Positions 28,332-38,834 are shown, counted from the stretch's first letter. The stretch is DNA of 64,000 nucleotides from an uncultured virus (IMG/VR IMGVR_UViG_3300030060_003999) (IMGVR_UViG_3300030060_003999:1-64000); one strand, 5' to 3'. Notes: generated by a model from the sequence alone, not told the origin. Numbers and translations are program-made.

Positions 28332-29693
28332 TCACAGCAAATTGGTAATCTTTCCTTGACCCTTGAAGTAAGAACAACCAACTTCACCAATAGTTCGGTA
28401 AAGAGCCTTGTTTCCAAGATGGCCGACACCGAATGGGTTTCCGTTTGAAATACCATCTTCAAAGTATTGAGTTGGCTTCATAACAGATAACCAAAGATGG
28501 TCTGTATCAAGTAGTAGCATATCGCTAATACAAGAAGTATTAGCACCAGTTGAAGGCATAGCCGCAACAGGAATCATAGGAATGTCGTAATAAGTAGAAA
28601 CTCTAAATCCGACTTCTTGACCCTTAACACCACGAACACCATTAACAGTAGGAACAATCTCCTTTCTATCCATGAATCGCTCTTGTGCTTGTAATAGGTC
28701 AGAAATGGTTTGAAGTGTATCATATCCAGTTAGAATAACCTTTGGTGAACCACCTGCAACTCTCAAATCTCTAAGCGTAGAGTTTAGAACAGTAAGAGTC
28801 AAAGAACGAGCATTTCCACTAGCATATCCGACTCCACCGAAATTAACCTGTGCATCAAGGAAAGAAGCAGCACTACGAGCCTTACCGTAAATAGTTTCAA
28901 TAGCAGCAACACCTGAGTTTGATGCAGTTAGAACAGTTCCAGATGCCATAGCGTCTAATTCTCCCTTAGAAGAAACAACCTTCATCAAAGAAGTATAGTT
29001 TCTTTGAATGTTAGCGATTTGGTTTGTAGCCTGTAAATTGTAGTTTTCAAGAGGCATAACGAGCATAGCGTTTTGAGTTTCAGCATGGTGCTTACCCATG
29101 TCTTCTCTCATTTGCGCTCTAATATCGCCAATTCCATCGTCAATTTGCGCCATTTCCATAGCCAATTCGCTGAATTCAAATTGATGAGCAACAATCTTTG
29201 GGCTAGTGAACAATTGCTCGTATTTAGGAGCAACAGACGCTAAACCATCAGCAGCAGTTGAAAGTGCTGCATTTTCAGGAACACCACCCAATAAGTCAGG
29301 TCGCATTGTATTTGAACCAATAGTTGCTTCAGATGTGGCTTCATTTACACCAGTCAAATTAAGGAAATTACCGCTACCACCAGCAGGTCGCTCGCTTAGA
29401 ACTCTCCAACCGCTTGAAGTGTAAGGTCTTTTAGCAATAACTGAAAGAGCATTACATTCCCTGTTTAGCATAGACCAGACTTTTTGGCCGTAAATCTTGT
29501 TATACAAAGCACCAAGCGAACTTGCTGCTCCTGCGGAATTAGTGCTTGATACACCAATTGATGCATCATGCCCAGTATGCAAACCTGCAATAGAACCTGC
29601 TTGCTTGAGCAATTGGTTGTTAATGCCTGTATGACCAGTAATTCCGTATGTTTGTGCTTCTAAATCTCCAATCGTGTTAATATATCCTGTCAT
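28332..29693 (-). CDS. major capsid protein (HK97 fold)
   Basis: Follows the prohead protease; GGVPENA, PKIVAH.FE.SE, GGSPKVILTG and YYDIPMI motifs resemble archaeal tailed-virus capsid proteins. Confidence 0.85.
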   Translation of the reverse strand: MTGYINTIGDLEAQTYGITGHTGINNQLLKQAGSIAGLHTGHDASIGVSSTNSAGAASSLGALYNKIYGQKVWSMLNRECNALSVIAKRPYTSSGWRVLSERPAGGSGNFLNLTGVNEATSEATIGSNTMRPDLLGGVPENAALSTAADGLASVAPKYEQLFTSPKIVAHQFEFSELAMEMAQIDDGIGDIRAQMREDMGKHHAETQNAMLVMPLENYNLQATNQIANIQRNYTSLMKVVSSKGELDAMASGTVLTASNSGVAAIETIYGKARSAASFLDAQVNFGGVGYASGNARSLTLTVLNSTLRDLRVAGGSPKVILTGYDTLQTISDLLQAQERFMDRKEIVPTVNGVRGVKGQEVGFRVSTYYDIPMIPVAAMPSTGANTSCISDMLLLDTDHLWLSVMKPTQYFEDGISNGNPFGVGHLGNKALYRTIGEVGCSYFKGQGKITNLL

Positions 29694-29704
29694 GTTAAAT
29701 CACC

Positions 29705-30910
29705 TCAGTTAAATCCTCCAACCATCTTATGAATGTCTGACCAATCCATTTCGGCCAATTCTTCCATTGTTGGGAGTTGTATTGCGGATTCTTCTTGTGC
29801 CTTTAGGATTGTTTCCTTTTCAGCAGTCAAAGACTTCCTTAGTGCAGTAAATTCTTCCTTTAGAGAAGAAATTTCGCTTTGAGCGTCATATTGGGACTTT
29901 GCGAGAACATTCTCACGGTTAGCCTTTTCATGTGCAAAGCGGTTTTCAAATTGCTTTTGAAGATTGTCGTAAGCCAACTTTTCAAGTTGTTCTTGGCGGA
30001 AAGCCTCATAAGCCTTCTCAATGTTAGCAACGCTCAAATCAAGCGTTTCTAGTTCATTGTTGCCGAATGCCTTAACAACTGGCAAATCGGATGGTTTAGG
30101 GTTTCCGTTATCAATAACGATTCTGTTAGCAGGTTCGCCAATTTCAACACCTGCACCATCAAGAGTAGGTAAAAGGGCTTTGTTTTCTTCATCAGAATAA
30201 TCGCCTTTTTCTGCTTCGGGCATCATGTCTTCTTCATTATCCATGTATTCGCCACCCATCTTTTCTTCTTCGGGCATTTGCTTTTCTTCTTCTTCTTCTT
30301 CCTTACGGAGAGTATTTACCTCAGCCATAAGTGCGTCTAGTTCTTCTAGTGCTTTTTCAATTTTACTCATAGTTTTCACCTTTTTTGTTTTTGTTTTGTC
30401 TTGTTTTAGAATATCAAATCTTGCTTCTGGGTTTATTCCTTTTTCGCATATTGTTACTTCGTGCAGTTCAAGTTTGCTTATTTCATTAAATTCGCCTAAT
30501 TCTGGATGGCTTTTCTTTACTTTTTGTAATGCTTGTCCTCCAATACTAAACGACCTTAATGAACCTTTACGAATGCCTCTATTTATTTCTTTGGCTTTTT
30601 CAATATCATCTCTTAATTTAATAACAACAAAGAATCCAACATCATCAACTTCTGTTTTCCACAATCTCCCTGTTTTATCTCTATATGATTTTACTACTTC
30701 CCCAACTTGAACATTTGAATGATTTGTCATTACATTTCTAAACTTAGGGTTCTCCATATATTTGTTTACTGCTTCATTAAGAGCCTTGAGTGTAATTAAG
30801 TCATTTTGTTTATCAACGATTTCAATGCTTGCATATCCTCCAATCATCAAGTCGTCGCTTTTTAGAATCCTGAAATCATGGGTATTGTTTGACATAACCG
30901 CAGATGACAT
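29705..30910 (-). CDS. prohead maturation protease (HK97 gp4-like) fused to a scaffold domain
   Basis: IGGYAS..IVDKQND, catalytic His (TNHS) and Ser (RSFSIGG), LHEVTICEKGINPEA; acidic coiled-coil C-terminus. Confidence 0.9.
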   Translation of the reverse strand: MSSAVMSNNTHDFRILKSDDLMIGGYASIEIVDKQNDLITLKALNEAVNKYMENPKFRNVMTNHSNVQVGEVVKSYRDKTGRLWKTEVDDVGFFVVIKLRDDIEKAKEINRGIRKGSLRSFSIGGQALQKVKKSHPELGEFNEISKLELHEVTICEKGINPEARFDILKQDKTKTKKVKTMSKIEKALEELDALMAEVNTLRKEEEEEEKQMPEEEKMGGEYMDNEEDMMPEAEKGDYSDEENKALLPTLDGAGVEIGEPANRIVIDNGNPKPSDLPVVKAFGNNELETLDLSVANIEKAYEAFRQEQLEKLAYDNLQKQFENRFAHEKANRENVLAKSQYDAQSEISSLKEEFTALRKSLTAEKETILKAQEESAIQLPTMEELAEMDWSDIHKMVGGFN

Positions 30911-30940
30911 TTCCTCTCAACCCTTCTTATTGCATACTGG

Positions 30941-30950
30941 TATATAAAGA
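30941..30950 (-). promoter_or_regulatory. archaeal TATA box for the protease-capsid operon
   Basis: TCTTTATATA about 30 nt upstream of the ATG at 30910. Confidence 0.6.
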
Positions 30951-30954
30951 ACAA

Positions 30955-33477
30955 CTAATCTTCGGTAGGAATGGTTAATTTATTATACCTACTTTCGTAT
31001 ATATTCCACTTTCCTTCATCCCCTTCCTTATCAGCAGGAGTTTGTTTATATCCAGTCCATGTTAGCCACATTGGTTTATTATCAATAGGAATGACCCTAA
31101 AGTGCATTTTAGTTTCAAACTTATTACCTTTCAAGAAATATTCATGGTAGCCTTCTTTTTGAACACCAAGTTCAATATCTCCCGAATCAATAACTTTCCC
31201 TCTTTCAATATTCTTTGAAACTTCTGCTGGATATTTGCCAGCAGCACCGAACAAATCAAATAACTCTTCTTCTCCTTCTAAATCAATAGTCCAATTTAAA
31301 ATTTCATCATTAATACTGATAGATAAGTGAACATTATTGTCTTTACGGTTGTAAATTTTAAATTTACCGTTTCTATATTCTTTAGGAGTCTTATATTCTT
31401 TTTTAATTTCTTCTTCTTCGGCTAATTTAATTGAAGGGTCAGCATGTAATTTATTATTTATCATGCTAATATGTTCTCTTTCTTGTGCCCAATCACCAAT
31501 CTTTCTTAATTTAGATTCTAATACAGTTTCATATAATTCTGTAAATTTATCTTTTAAGTATTCATGGACTTCTTTAGGAGTTCTATCTCCTTTATCTTGT
31601 AAGAAATTGACAATAGCAACAGTTAATTCACCTTGCTTTGTTTTCATTATTTCTTCTGCTTGAGCCTTCCACATATCAATATCTCTTAAAGCATTTTTAG
31701 ACATTAAATTATTCTCTTCAAAACCATAAATAACAAATCCGCCAGTATCATATTTAATGATGGCAGTAGTTTCACCATGTATATTATCTGTTATCTTTAC
31801 TCCTTTTTTAAAGGCTTCAACATCATAATTCAAAGACTTCTTAGTATCTTGCGATAATAACTCAAGAGTAACTAATTTATCAGGATGCTCAACTTCAGGT
31901 ATTTCAATAACTTTAGCGGAGAATAAACTATATCCTTCTCCTTTCTTCTTTACTTCATCAACCTTTACTCTAATAATATCGCCAATGTCCACAGCAACCT
32001 TAGTATTTAGGGCTTTACCGACATTAAGATATTTTCTACCATCAATCTCTTTTCCTTCCATATCTTCAGGGATTGGCCCAACACCAACAGTATAAGAATA
32101 AAGATTGCTCTTAGTCTTTTTCTTATCTAACACAATAACATCTAAATCAACAAACTTTTTCATTTTAATCCACTTAGGATTCTTTTTTGTTCCTAGATAA
32201 TAAGTTGAAGTAGCGTCTTTAATCACAACTCCTTCAGAAGTAGGCATTTCCATAATTTGTTTTGCATACTCTTCTAAATCTTTAAGACTATCAGCCTGTC
32301 TTGTATCTTTCTTAGAAGGGAAATTTAAGAATTCCGATGATTTCGCAGCGTAATTATTGAATAAAATAGTCATTCTATTTTCTAATTCTTCATCAAGTAA
32401 TGTCTGCGCTTCATGTCGCATAATGTCAAACACATGGCATTTTAGTTTAGCATCTTTGTATTTGCCTTTGAACACATGAGCGATTGTATCAGCACGATGT
32501 AATGGTTCTTCACCATCAAAAAGAATTAACTCCGCATCAAACATACAGTTGCCATATTCTTTTTTCTTTAACTCTTTGACAATTTCATCACATTTATCTG
32601 TAATATCTTTCTCATTATAAGAATAGACTTTGACTTTATTATCTATTTTGTGCAACTGAATACGCATACCATCATATTTTTCTTGAATATACCAATTACC
32701 ACTAAATCCTTTTAATTCATTAATATCATCAATTTCAAAGATACGATACATGGGTTTGTTTGGAATAACGAAATCAGTAACAGATTTTTCTTTTTCTGAT
32801 TTAGTTTCGGACTTTTGCATATCAATGTCTTTAAGGTTTGCCCATTCTTCTTCTTCATGTTGAGAAAAGAAAATAAGTTCTAACATATCAAGAGCAGCCT
32901 TTACTTTCTTTTCAACCTTCTTTGAGTCTTTTCCATCCCCGTAATGCTCAATAATATACAGGGGTATATCGTCCACTTCTAGGTCAAGACCCACAAGACC
33001 CTCCGTAATTGTGTCGGGTTGCATATCTTTAATGGCTAAAACATCATCAGATAATGCTTTATTGTCTTCCCTCATAGCATAATGCACAAATTTAACCATT
33101 GTTTCAGGATTATCTAATAATTCTTCAAGAACATTCCCTTTAAACATATCAGCGAAAGGGTCAGCAATAATTTTTGAGTTATACCTTACTAGTTTAATTT
33201 TATCAAAAAGGTTCTTTGCTTTAGATGATTTAGGGTCTTTTACTTCAGTAGCAGTTATTTCTTCTTCTCTAAGGAAGTTCTTTAATTCTTTACCTGCTGC
33301 ATCTAATTCATCATAGGATTCTTCAATCATTTCAACGGCTTTACGCCAACGCCCCGAATATTCATCGGGGTCGTGAACTGCTGATAAATATGCAACTCTC
33401 GTCTTTTCAAAAAGGCGCATCAACTCAATAGAGGGTTGCCTATCCTTTTCAATAGAACCGAGTTTCAATAATACCAC
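30955..33477 (-). CDS. ATP-dependent DNA ligase with N- and C-terminal extensions
   Basis: Motif I QEKYDGMR, FDAEL, VFDI, EGVVIKD and WIKMK, followed by an OB domain. Confidence 0.9.
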   Translation of the reverse strand: MVLLKLGSIEKDRQPSIELMRLFEKTRVAYLSAVHDPDEYSGRWRKAVEMIEESYDELDAAGKELKNFLREEEITATEVKDPKSSKAKNLFDKIKLVRYNSKIIADPFADMFKGNVLEELLDNPETMVKFVHYAMREDNKALSDDVLAIKDMQPDTITEGLVGLDLEVDDIPLYIIEHYGDGKDSKKVEKKVKAALDMLELIFFSQHEEEEWANLKDIDMQKSETKSEKEKSVTDFVIPNKPMYRIFEIDDINELKGFSGNWYIQEKYDGMRIQLHKIDNKVKVYSYNEKDITDKCDEIVKELKKKEYGNCMFDAELILFDGEEPLHRADTIAHVFKGKYKDAKLKCHVFDIMRHEAQTLLDEELENRMTILFNNYAAKSSEFLNFPSKKDTRQADSLKDLEEYAKQIMEMPTSEGVVIKDATSTYYLGTKKNPKWIKMKKFVDLDVIVLDKKKTKSNLYSYTVGVGPIPEDMEGKEIDGRKYLNVGKALNTKVAVDIGDIIRVKVDEVKKKGEGYSLFSAKVIEIPEVEHPDKLVTLELLSQDTKKSLNYDVEAFKKGVKITDNIHGETTAIIKYDTGGFVIYGFEENNLMSKNALRDIDMWKAQAEEIMKTKQGELTVAIVNFLQDKGDRTPKEVHEYLKDKFTELYETVLESKLRKIGDWAQEREHISMINNKLHADPSIKLAEEEEIKKEYKTPKEYRNGKFKIYNRKDNNVHLSISINDEILNWTIDLEGEEELFDLFGAAGKYPAEVSKNIERGKVIDSGDIELGVQKEGYHEYFLKGNKFETKMHFRVIPIDNKPMWLTWTGYKQTPADKEGDEGKWNIYESRYNKLTIPTED

Positions 33478-33482
33478 CCCAA

Positions 33483-34004
33483 TTAGCGGTATTGATTCTG
33501 TGCGGGGAGAAGTGGAACGGCAGGGTCTTTATCGGGTTGTTCACCTAACATCTGTTGCATTTCCGTTAATCTTCGCAACATAACACCAAACTTTTGTTCA
33601 AAGTCTTTTTGGTTCATACCTTGCCTAAACATTTGCTGAAGGTCGTCCAATTCTTTTTCTGTGGCTTCAAGGTCAGCAATAGCCTTATTCTTTCTTTCTT
33701 CATTTAGGAAAGGATTATCCATATCTTCTTTAAGAATAGCCTTCATTAAAACAACTGCTTTCTTAAAGTGAGTCATTTGTCCTCCTAATCCGTAGCCATC
33801 ACCTTTACGGTTTTTAGGCACAAGGTCTTTAGCGTTCTCAGCCTTTGGTCGCTTTAATTTAATTACTTCGGAATCGTCATCTTTTGGACTTCTGTTATTA
33901 TCCTTTAAAGAACAATAAAGCATTTCTTTTGCTTCTCTTGCTTTTTCAATAACCATACTAATTAATCGTTCTTCTTTAGTTACTCTTACAGGCATTTTAA
34001 TCAC
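33483..34004 (-). CDS. hypothetical protein
   Basis: ORF track; operon packing. Confidence 0.6.
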   Translation of the reverse strand: MIKMPVRVTKEERLISMVIEKAREAKEMLYCSLKDNNRSPKDDDSEVIKLKRPKAENAKDLVPKNRKGDGYGLGGQMTHFKKAVVLMKAILKEDMDNPFLNEERKNKAIADLEATEKELDDLQQMFRQGMNQKDFEQKFGVMLRRLTEMQQMLGEQPDKDPAVPLLPAQNQYR

Positions 34005-34246
34005 TCCAAGTTTGATACCATTTTATGAATGTCCGACCATTCCATTGTTCCTACATTCTCAACACTTTTATTGTCAATTCCTACAACACCAACCATAGCA
34101 GGTGTAGGACTATTTGCGACAACAAAACCTGATTTCATTAATAGATTGTCTTTATTGTAAACTGCCTTTTCAAGACTTTCAACTTTATCTGTTAAAGCCT
34201 TAATAATGGCGAGAAGTTCTTCATTAATTGATTTTTCTTCACTCAT
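34001..34246 (-). CDS. small coiled-coil protein sharing the scaffold C-terminal motif
   Basis: Ends MEWSDIHKMV, compared with MDWSDIHKMV at the end of the protease/scaffold. Confidence 0.7.
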   Translation of the reverse strand: MSEEKSINEELLAIIKALTDKVESLEKAVYNKDNLLMKSGFVVANSPTPAMVGVVGIDNKSVENVGTMEWSDIHKMVSNLE

Positions 34247-34455
34247 TTCTTATCCCTTTCCGCTTCAAGTTTGGCTTTTTCTTTTAGGTATTTTGCTTCG
34301 GTAATTTTTCCACTTGTAAGTTTCTTAATTAATTCGTTAATTTTATCTTGATAAGAACCTTTTGGAGTAGTAGTTCCATATCTAGGCTTTCTTTTTCTAT
34401 CTTTAGGTGGCCCACCACTAATTCCACTTGCTTTGATAATATTCCACCAATTCAT
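34243..34455 (-). CDS. small basic protein with N-terminal W-motif
   Basis: MNWWNIIK after a GGTGA RBS. Confidence 0.65.
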   Translation of the reverse strand: MNWWNIIKASGISGGPPKDRKRKPRYGTTTPKGSYQDKINELIKKLTSGKITEAKYLKEKAKLEAERDKK

Positions 34456-34465
34456 TATAATCACC

Positions 34466-34825
34466 TTATTTCTTTTTACCTTTAGGATAAATTAAATCTC
34501 TTAATTGTCTGTAAAGAAGTTCATACTCCTTACGAAGTTTCGTAGCAGTAGCCACTATATCAACATTCCTTTCATCCATTGATTTCATTTTCTTGTTTAA
34601 CTTCTTGTCTGACTTCATTAAGTCTAATTGCCTTAAGACAGAAATTAACTCGCCTAATTTAGTAAAGTCTTGTCCAAAAAATTCAGTTGGTTCTGCTGCC
34701 TGTAAAGTCTTTTTTAATTTCTTTCTTTGCTTAGAATCCATTGAATCTAAAATTTCTTTAGGGGTTTCTTTCTTCTTCTCTTTAAGAATAAAGTCTTCTC
34801 CATCACCGTAAAAATCCCATGTCAT
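34466..34825 (-). CDS. hypothetical protein
   Basis: ORF track; GGAGGTGA RBS. Confidence 0.65.
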   Translation of the reverse strand: MTWDFYGDGEDFILKEKKKETPKEILDSMDSKQRKKLKKTLQAAEPTEFFGQDFTKLGELISVLRQLDLMKSDKKLNKKMKSMDERNVDIVATATKLRKEYELLYRQLRDLIYPKGKKK

Positions 34826-36582
34826 TATTCTTCACCTCCAACAAAAGAATCGTATTCATTCATAACACTATCAATCTGTTCAACTAGGCTATCGTATAGT
34901 CCTCTCAATTCTCTTAGAGTATTAACAGATTCAAAATCAATGTCTGATATTCCAGCATAATCAATCATATTTCCACGCATACCAACATTCTCTCCACGCT
35001 GAAGTCTTTCTACTATATCATCAGATTTATCTTCAAGAGAAACACCTTTCTTTGAAACCTTTGTTGCTACCCGTTCAAGACGAACAATAAGAACATTTAG
35101 TTTATTTAATATCTTTTTAATAGCACCTGCTGGTTCATTACCAGTATCTTCTCTTAAGAAGTTAATATTCATTAATGCTTTACGAACTCTCTTTAGAGCA
35201 GGTCGCATAGCGTCCATTTTTCCTAATTCCATATTGACAGTTTCAAGTTTTTCTCTTTCAATCTCAATATCTTTTTCAATCTTTTTCTTGAGTTCTTTAA
35301 TATAAGGTTCAGGATTTTCTTGAATATCTTCTATTTCCTTTAAAGCCTCTTGTATTCTCTCAACGCCTTTTAAGTTCTTAACTCCTAGATTTAGTTGCTT
35401 TAATCTTCTTGCAATAATATCTTCTGTTTCAAGTTCTTCAAGGTCTTTAAGATTAGCCTCAATCTTTCGCTTAAGAGCAGCATTTTTACTGGCACTATTA
35501 CCTAGACTTTTCATTTTCTTTTGAAGTCTTTTAAATTGAGTTGCATCTCTAGGTGATTCTCCTGTAATAAATCTTTGAAGTCTTTGAAGTTCTTCTTTTC
35601 TTTGTTTATCTTTTCTATCTACAACAGGTTGTCTGCCCCATCTTTTACGATGCATTTCTTTTACAATATCGGATAATTTGACTCCTTTATAGTTTGCTTT
35701 AGTTAATTTAGACCACCTTTCATCTAAATCGTCTACAAATATAGCCTTTTTAGGTTGAGGCAAAAAATTACCCGAACCTTTAGGCGTTTCTTTAATAGGC
35801 ATTAAGACATTATTCATCAAACCCATTCCTGCTCCACCAGCAAAATCATATTCAACCAATGACTTTGCATACTTGTCACTCAAGTATTTGTCATTGTTTT
35901 CGTAAAACATAATCAAAGATATAACCTGATTAGATTCGGTAATACTGTTTCCAAATCTTTGATATTCAGCCATTCTCCTGACTTCAACTCTTCCGCTTGA
36001 AACAACATAATCTAGTTTCTCTACTAAATCTTCTACTTCACCTATCCAAGTTGTAGCCTTCTTTAAATCTCTTTGCGCTCTTTTTCTGTCATCTGCAAGT
36101 TTTTTATCTTTACCTGCTTCTGCTGCTTCAAGTTTCTTTTGTCTATCTTTATCAGTAATTAACTTTGTTTCACTAGGTTCTGTGGCTTGTTCATCAACGC
36201 CAATATCCTTTGAAGTTCTTAATTCATTTGTTAATTCTCTAATTCTTCTTTTAGCCGCTTTATTTTCAGTAGGAACTAAAGAAGCATCTACTTCTTCAAC
36301 TGAAGTTTTATCCTTTTCAGCCAAAAGTTCAAGAAGTTTCTTTCTATTGGCATCAGTAGTTTTTCTCTCTTCTTTCTGTCGGAGAGTTTCTTCTTCTTCT
36401 TCTGCCTTTTTAATATATTTTCGGTAAGAAATAAGATTAGTAGAATCAATATTCTCAAGTAGAGATTTTTTGATTTCTGTTGGGTTAGCACCTTTTTTAA
36501 CTAATTCTTTAGTGCTATCATCTAAATCTGCTTTACTTAAAATAGTAAGCAAAGACTTGTCTTTAGATAATTCAAAAAGCAC
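34825..36582 (-). CDS. large coiled-coil hypothetical protein
   Basis: 585-aa Lys/Glu-rich ORF. Confidence 0.65.
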   Translation of the reverse strand: MLFELSKDKSLLTILSKADLDDSTKELVKKGANPTEIKKSLLENIDSTNLISYRKYIKKAEEEEETLRQKEERKTTDANRKKLLELLAEKDKTSVEEVDASLVPTENKAAKRRIRELTNELRTSKDIGVDEQATEPSETKLITDKDRQKKLEAAEAGKDKKLADDRKRAQRDLKKATTWIGEVEDLVEKLDYVVSSGRVEVRRMAEYQRFGNSITESNQVISLIMFYENNDKYLSDKYAKSLVEYDFAGGAGMGLMNNVLMPIKETPKGSGNFLPQPKKAIFVDDLDERWSKLTKANYKGVKLSDIVKEMHRKRWGRQPVVDRKDKQRKEELQRLQRFITGESPRDATQFKRLQKKMKSLGNSASKNAALKRKIEANLKDLEELETEDIIARRLKQLNLGVKNLKGVERIQEALKEIEDIQENPEPYIKELKKKIEKDIEIEREKLETVNMELGKMDAMRPALKRVRKALMNINFLREDTGNEPAGAIKKILNKLNVLIVRLERVATKVSKKGVSLEDKSDDIVERLQRGENVGMRGNMIDYAGISDIDFESVNTLRELRGLYDSLVEQIDSVMNEYDSFVGGEE

Positions 36583-36591
36583 TTAATCACC

Positions 36592-36816
36592 TCAAAATGG
36601 AATGTTTTCTTTTCTTCTCTTTCCTTTAGGTGGAAGAGTTATTACATCAGGAACATCTGCGGTATGCAATTTCTTTTTAACTGATGTATCTTGTGGTAAA
36701 CCAACAGAAAAATCTCTTGATGGTTTTAATTTAGCATCAGCGTTTGCATTCATGGCTTTTACTTGAGCCAGTTCCTTCTTCAACCTAATTTCTTTTTGTC
36801 TATTATCTTCTGTCAT
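36592..36816 (-). CDS. hypothetical protein
   Basis: ORF track; GGTGA RBS. Confidence 0.6.
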   Translation of the reverse strand: MTEDNRQKEIRLKKELAQVKAMNANADAKLKPSRDFSVGLPQDTSVKKKLHTADVPDVITLPPKGKRRKENIPF

Positions 36817-36820
36817 ATAA

Positions 36821-37141
36821 TCACCTATTATCTCTTACTTGAATTGCTCCAACTTCTATATTTCCTTGAGTTCCGATAAGTAATTCAATTAGTTGTTCTT
36901 CACTATAAGAACCAATTACATCCATTACTTTGTCCATTAAATCTTCACGGGTAGCATTGGCTAATTCCTCTCTTTCTTGCCTATCTTCATCTGTTTCAGC
37001 AAAAGGATTTCCAGTATCTCTACCAAGTCTAGGACTTTTTCCACCTACAAGTTTAGTTTGAGGCTTTCTACGCTCAGGCGCACGATTACGCCTATTAGGG
37101 TCTAATTCTCTTTTTTCTTTAATTATTGTTCTCCAATCCAT
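36821..37141 (-). CDS. hypothetical protein with N-terminal W-motif
   Basis: MDWRTIIKE. Confidence 0.65.
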   Translation of the reverse strand: MDWRTIIKEKRELDPNRRNRAPERRKPQTKLVGGKSPRLGRDTGNPFAETDEDRQEREELANATREDLMDKVMDVIGSYSEEQLIELLIGTQGNIEVGAIQVRDNR

Positions 37142-38781
37142 TAACCCACTCTCCTTTCGGTTCTTTTGTCATTGTTTTGATTTCCCGCATCAAGAGGTAA
37201 TCCTGTCATGCGCTTGTCTGGTGCTTGATTCATTGAAGGCTTATTTCTAGTTGTCGCAGGGTTCTCCTGTGGCTTACCTCCCTGTAATGCTTGTTCTTGC
37301 ATTTGTCCTAATTGAGAAGCATCAATGTTTGTTCCCGCATATGGGTCTTTATCAACTGGTTTATCTCCTTCTCCGCCACCTTCAGGATTTTCTTCAGGTT
37401 CAGGCTTTTTAAAAGTAAATTGCCCATCTTCGTCCATATCAACTTCAAATCCTAAGTTCTTAACAGATGCAGCAATATTGACTTCAATCTCACGCTTACG
37501 AAGAACAGCAATTTCATCTTCTTCTTCGCTTGGTGGTAATTTTAAGTTCCAATCAGTAATACCAAATTGCTTTACAAGGAACGGGAAAACATAATTATTA
37601 TAGACAGTTTGTGCTTTTTGAACTGCTCTATTTGTTACGAGGATTTGCATACCTTCATTGTTTAATCCACCGCTTGTAGTATTATCAGCCATAAAGACTT
37701 TACTTACACCATAGAACGCTGAAATTCTATCTCGTAAATCATCCTTAACAGAAACATAATCCATTTCTTTTAGACTATCCATGAATTTAATCCATTCAAC
37801 TGCACCCTTTCCGCCTTCTGCTTCTATTCCCATAACAGGAATAAAATGTGGGTCTGCTTCCATCTTTTCTTTTACGCCTCTCCAAAAAGAACGCATTGAA
37901 TCCATATTTCTTGTTTGAACTGCAAGTAATCCTCTTGGCATACGACTCTTAGTATAAGATGAATTAACATAGTTTTCCATAGCAATTAATGTCATAATTG
38001 CATTAAACAAAGTAACAACTGGTGATTGTCCATAAAGACGAGAAGGACTGTATTTACTAAAGTGAAGAACTTCTCCCTCAATATAATACTGGTCTTCTCC
38101 CATAGCCCTATTCACATAATGAACTGGATATAATTTACTTCCGCATACATCACAATTTTCGTGTGGTTCAGTAGATAATATATGACGATGATTAACACAA
38201 GTAAATCCTTTAGTTCCTCTTTGTCCTAACTCATCAGTATAAATAAACATAGTTGTCGGGTCGCCTCTATACAACTCTTTTATTCTATGCATCCTTATAT
38301 CTTGATTACCGTCTAAGAAATACTCTTTTACCATAACAATGTAAGCATCATCCATAATATTCAAATCATCTTCTAGTTCTTGTAAAACATCAATAAATAG
38401 TTGTTCGGATTTATTTACATATCCTTCAATAAACTTCTCAGCATATTCTAATTGCTTTACATCAGGAACTTGTAAATTAGTGCTTTTACAACGAGAACAT
38501 TCTTGAACAGGTCTTTTATGTTCTTTTCCACATTCTTTACACCTTGCTTCATATGCTTTTTCCCATATGTAGCCTCTTCGGAAAACTTCTTGTTTTAGTT
38601 GAGTAATACAAGTTCTACCAATTACTGACTGATTCATTACATTATACAATAATGGGCCAGTCATCATATGACGGTTTTCTCTTTCTTGAATACCCATATT
38701 ATATACGGTTCTATCCGCAGGTTTAGGAGTTTGTCGCCTAAACAAGTTAGTAAAAGAAAATCTTCTTTTTCCATCTGCCAT
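37141..38781 (-). CDS. portal protein with zinc-ribbon insertions
   Basis: EVLHF...RLYGQSP, MPRGLL and RISAFYGVS portal motifs; lies between terminase and protease. Confidence 0.85.
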   Translation of the reverse strand: MADGKRRFSFTNLFRRQTPKPADRTVYNMGIQERENRHMMTGPLLYNVMNQSVIGRTCITQLKQEVFRRGYIWEKAYEARCKECGKEHKRPVQECSRCKSTNLQVPDVKQLEYAEKFIEGYVNKSEQLFIDVLQELEDDLNIMDDAYIVMVKEYFLDGNQDIRMHRIKELYRGDPTTMFIYTDELGQRGTKGFTCVNHRHILSTEPHENCDVCGSKLYPVHYVNRAMGEDQYYIEGEVLHFSKYSPSRLYGQSPVVTLFNAIMTLIAMENYVNSSYTKSRMPRGLLAVQTRNMDSMRSFWRGVKEKMEADPHFIPVMGIEAEGGKGAVEWIKFMDSLKEMDYVSVKDDLRDRISAFYGVSKVFMADNTTSGGLNNEGMQILVTNRAVQKAQTVYNNYVFPFLVKQFGITDWNLKLPPSEEEDEIAVLRKREIEVNIAASVKNLGFEVDMDEDGQFTFKKPEPEENPEGGGEGDKPVDKDPYAGTNIDASQLGQMQEQALQGGKPQENPATTRNKPSMNQAPDKRMTGLPLDAGNQNNDKRTERRVG

Positions 38782-38834
38782 GCTTCACACCCCCTAGTTT
38801 AATCCTATGCTATTCTCGGCTATGAACGCTTCGG

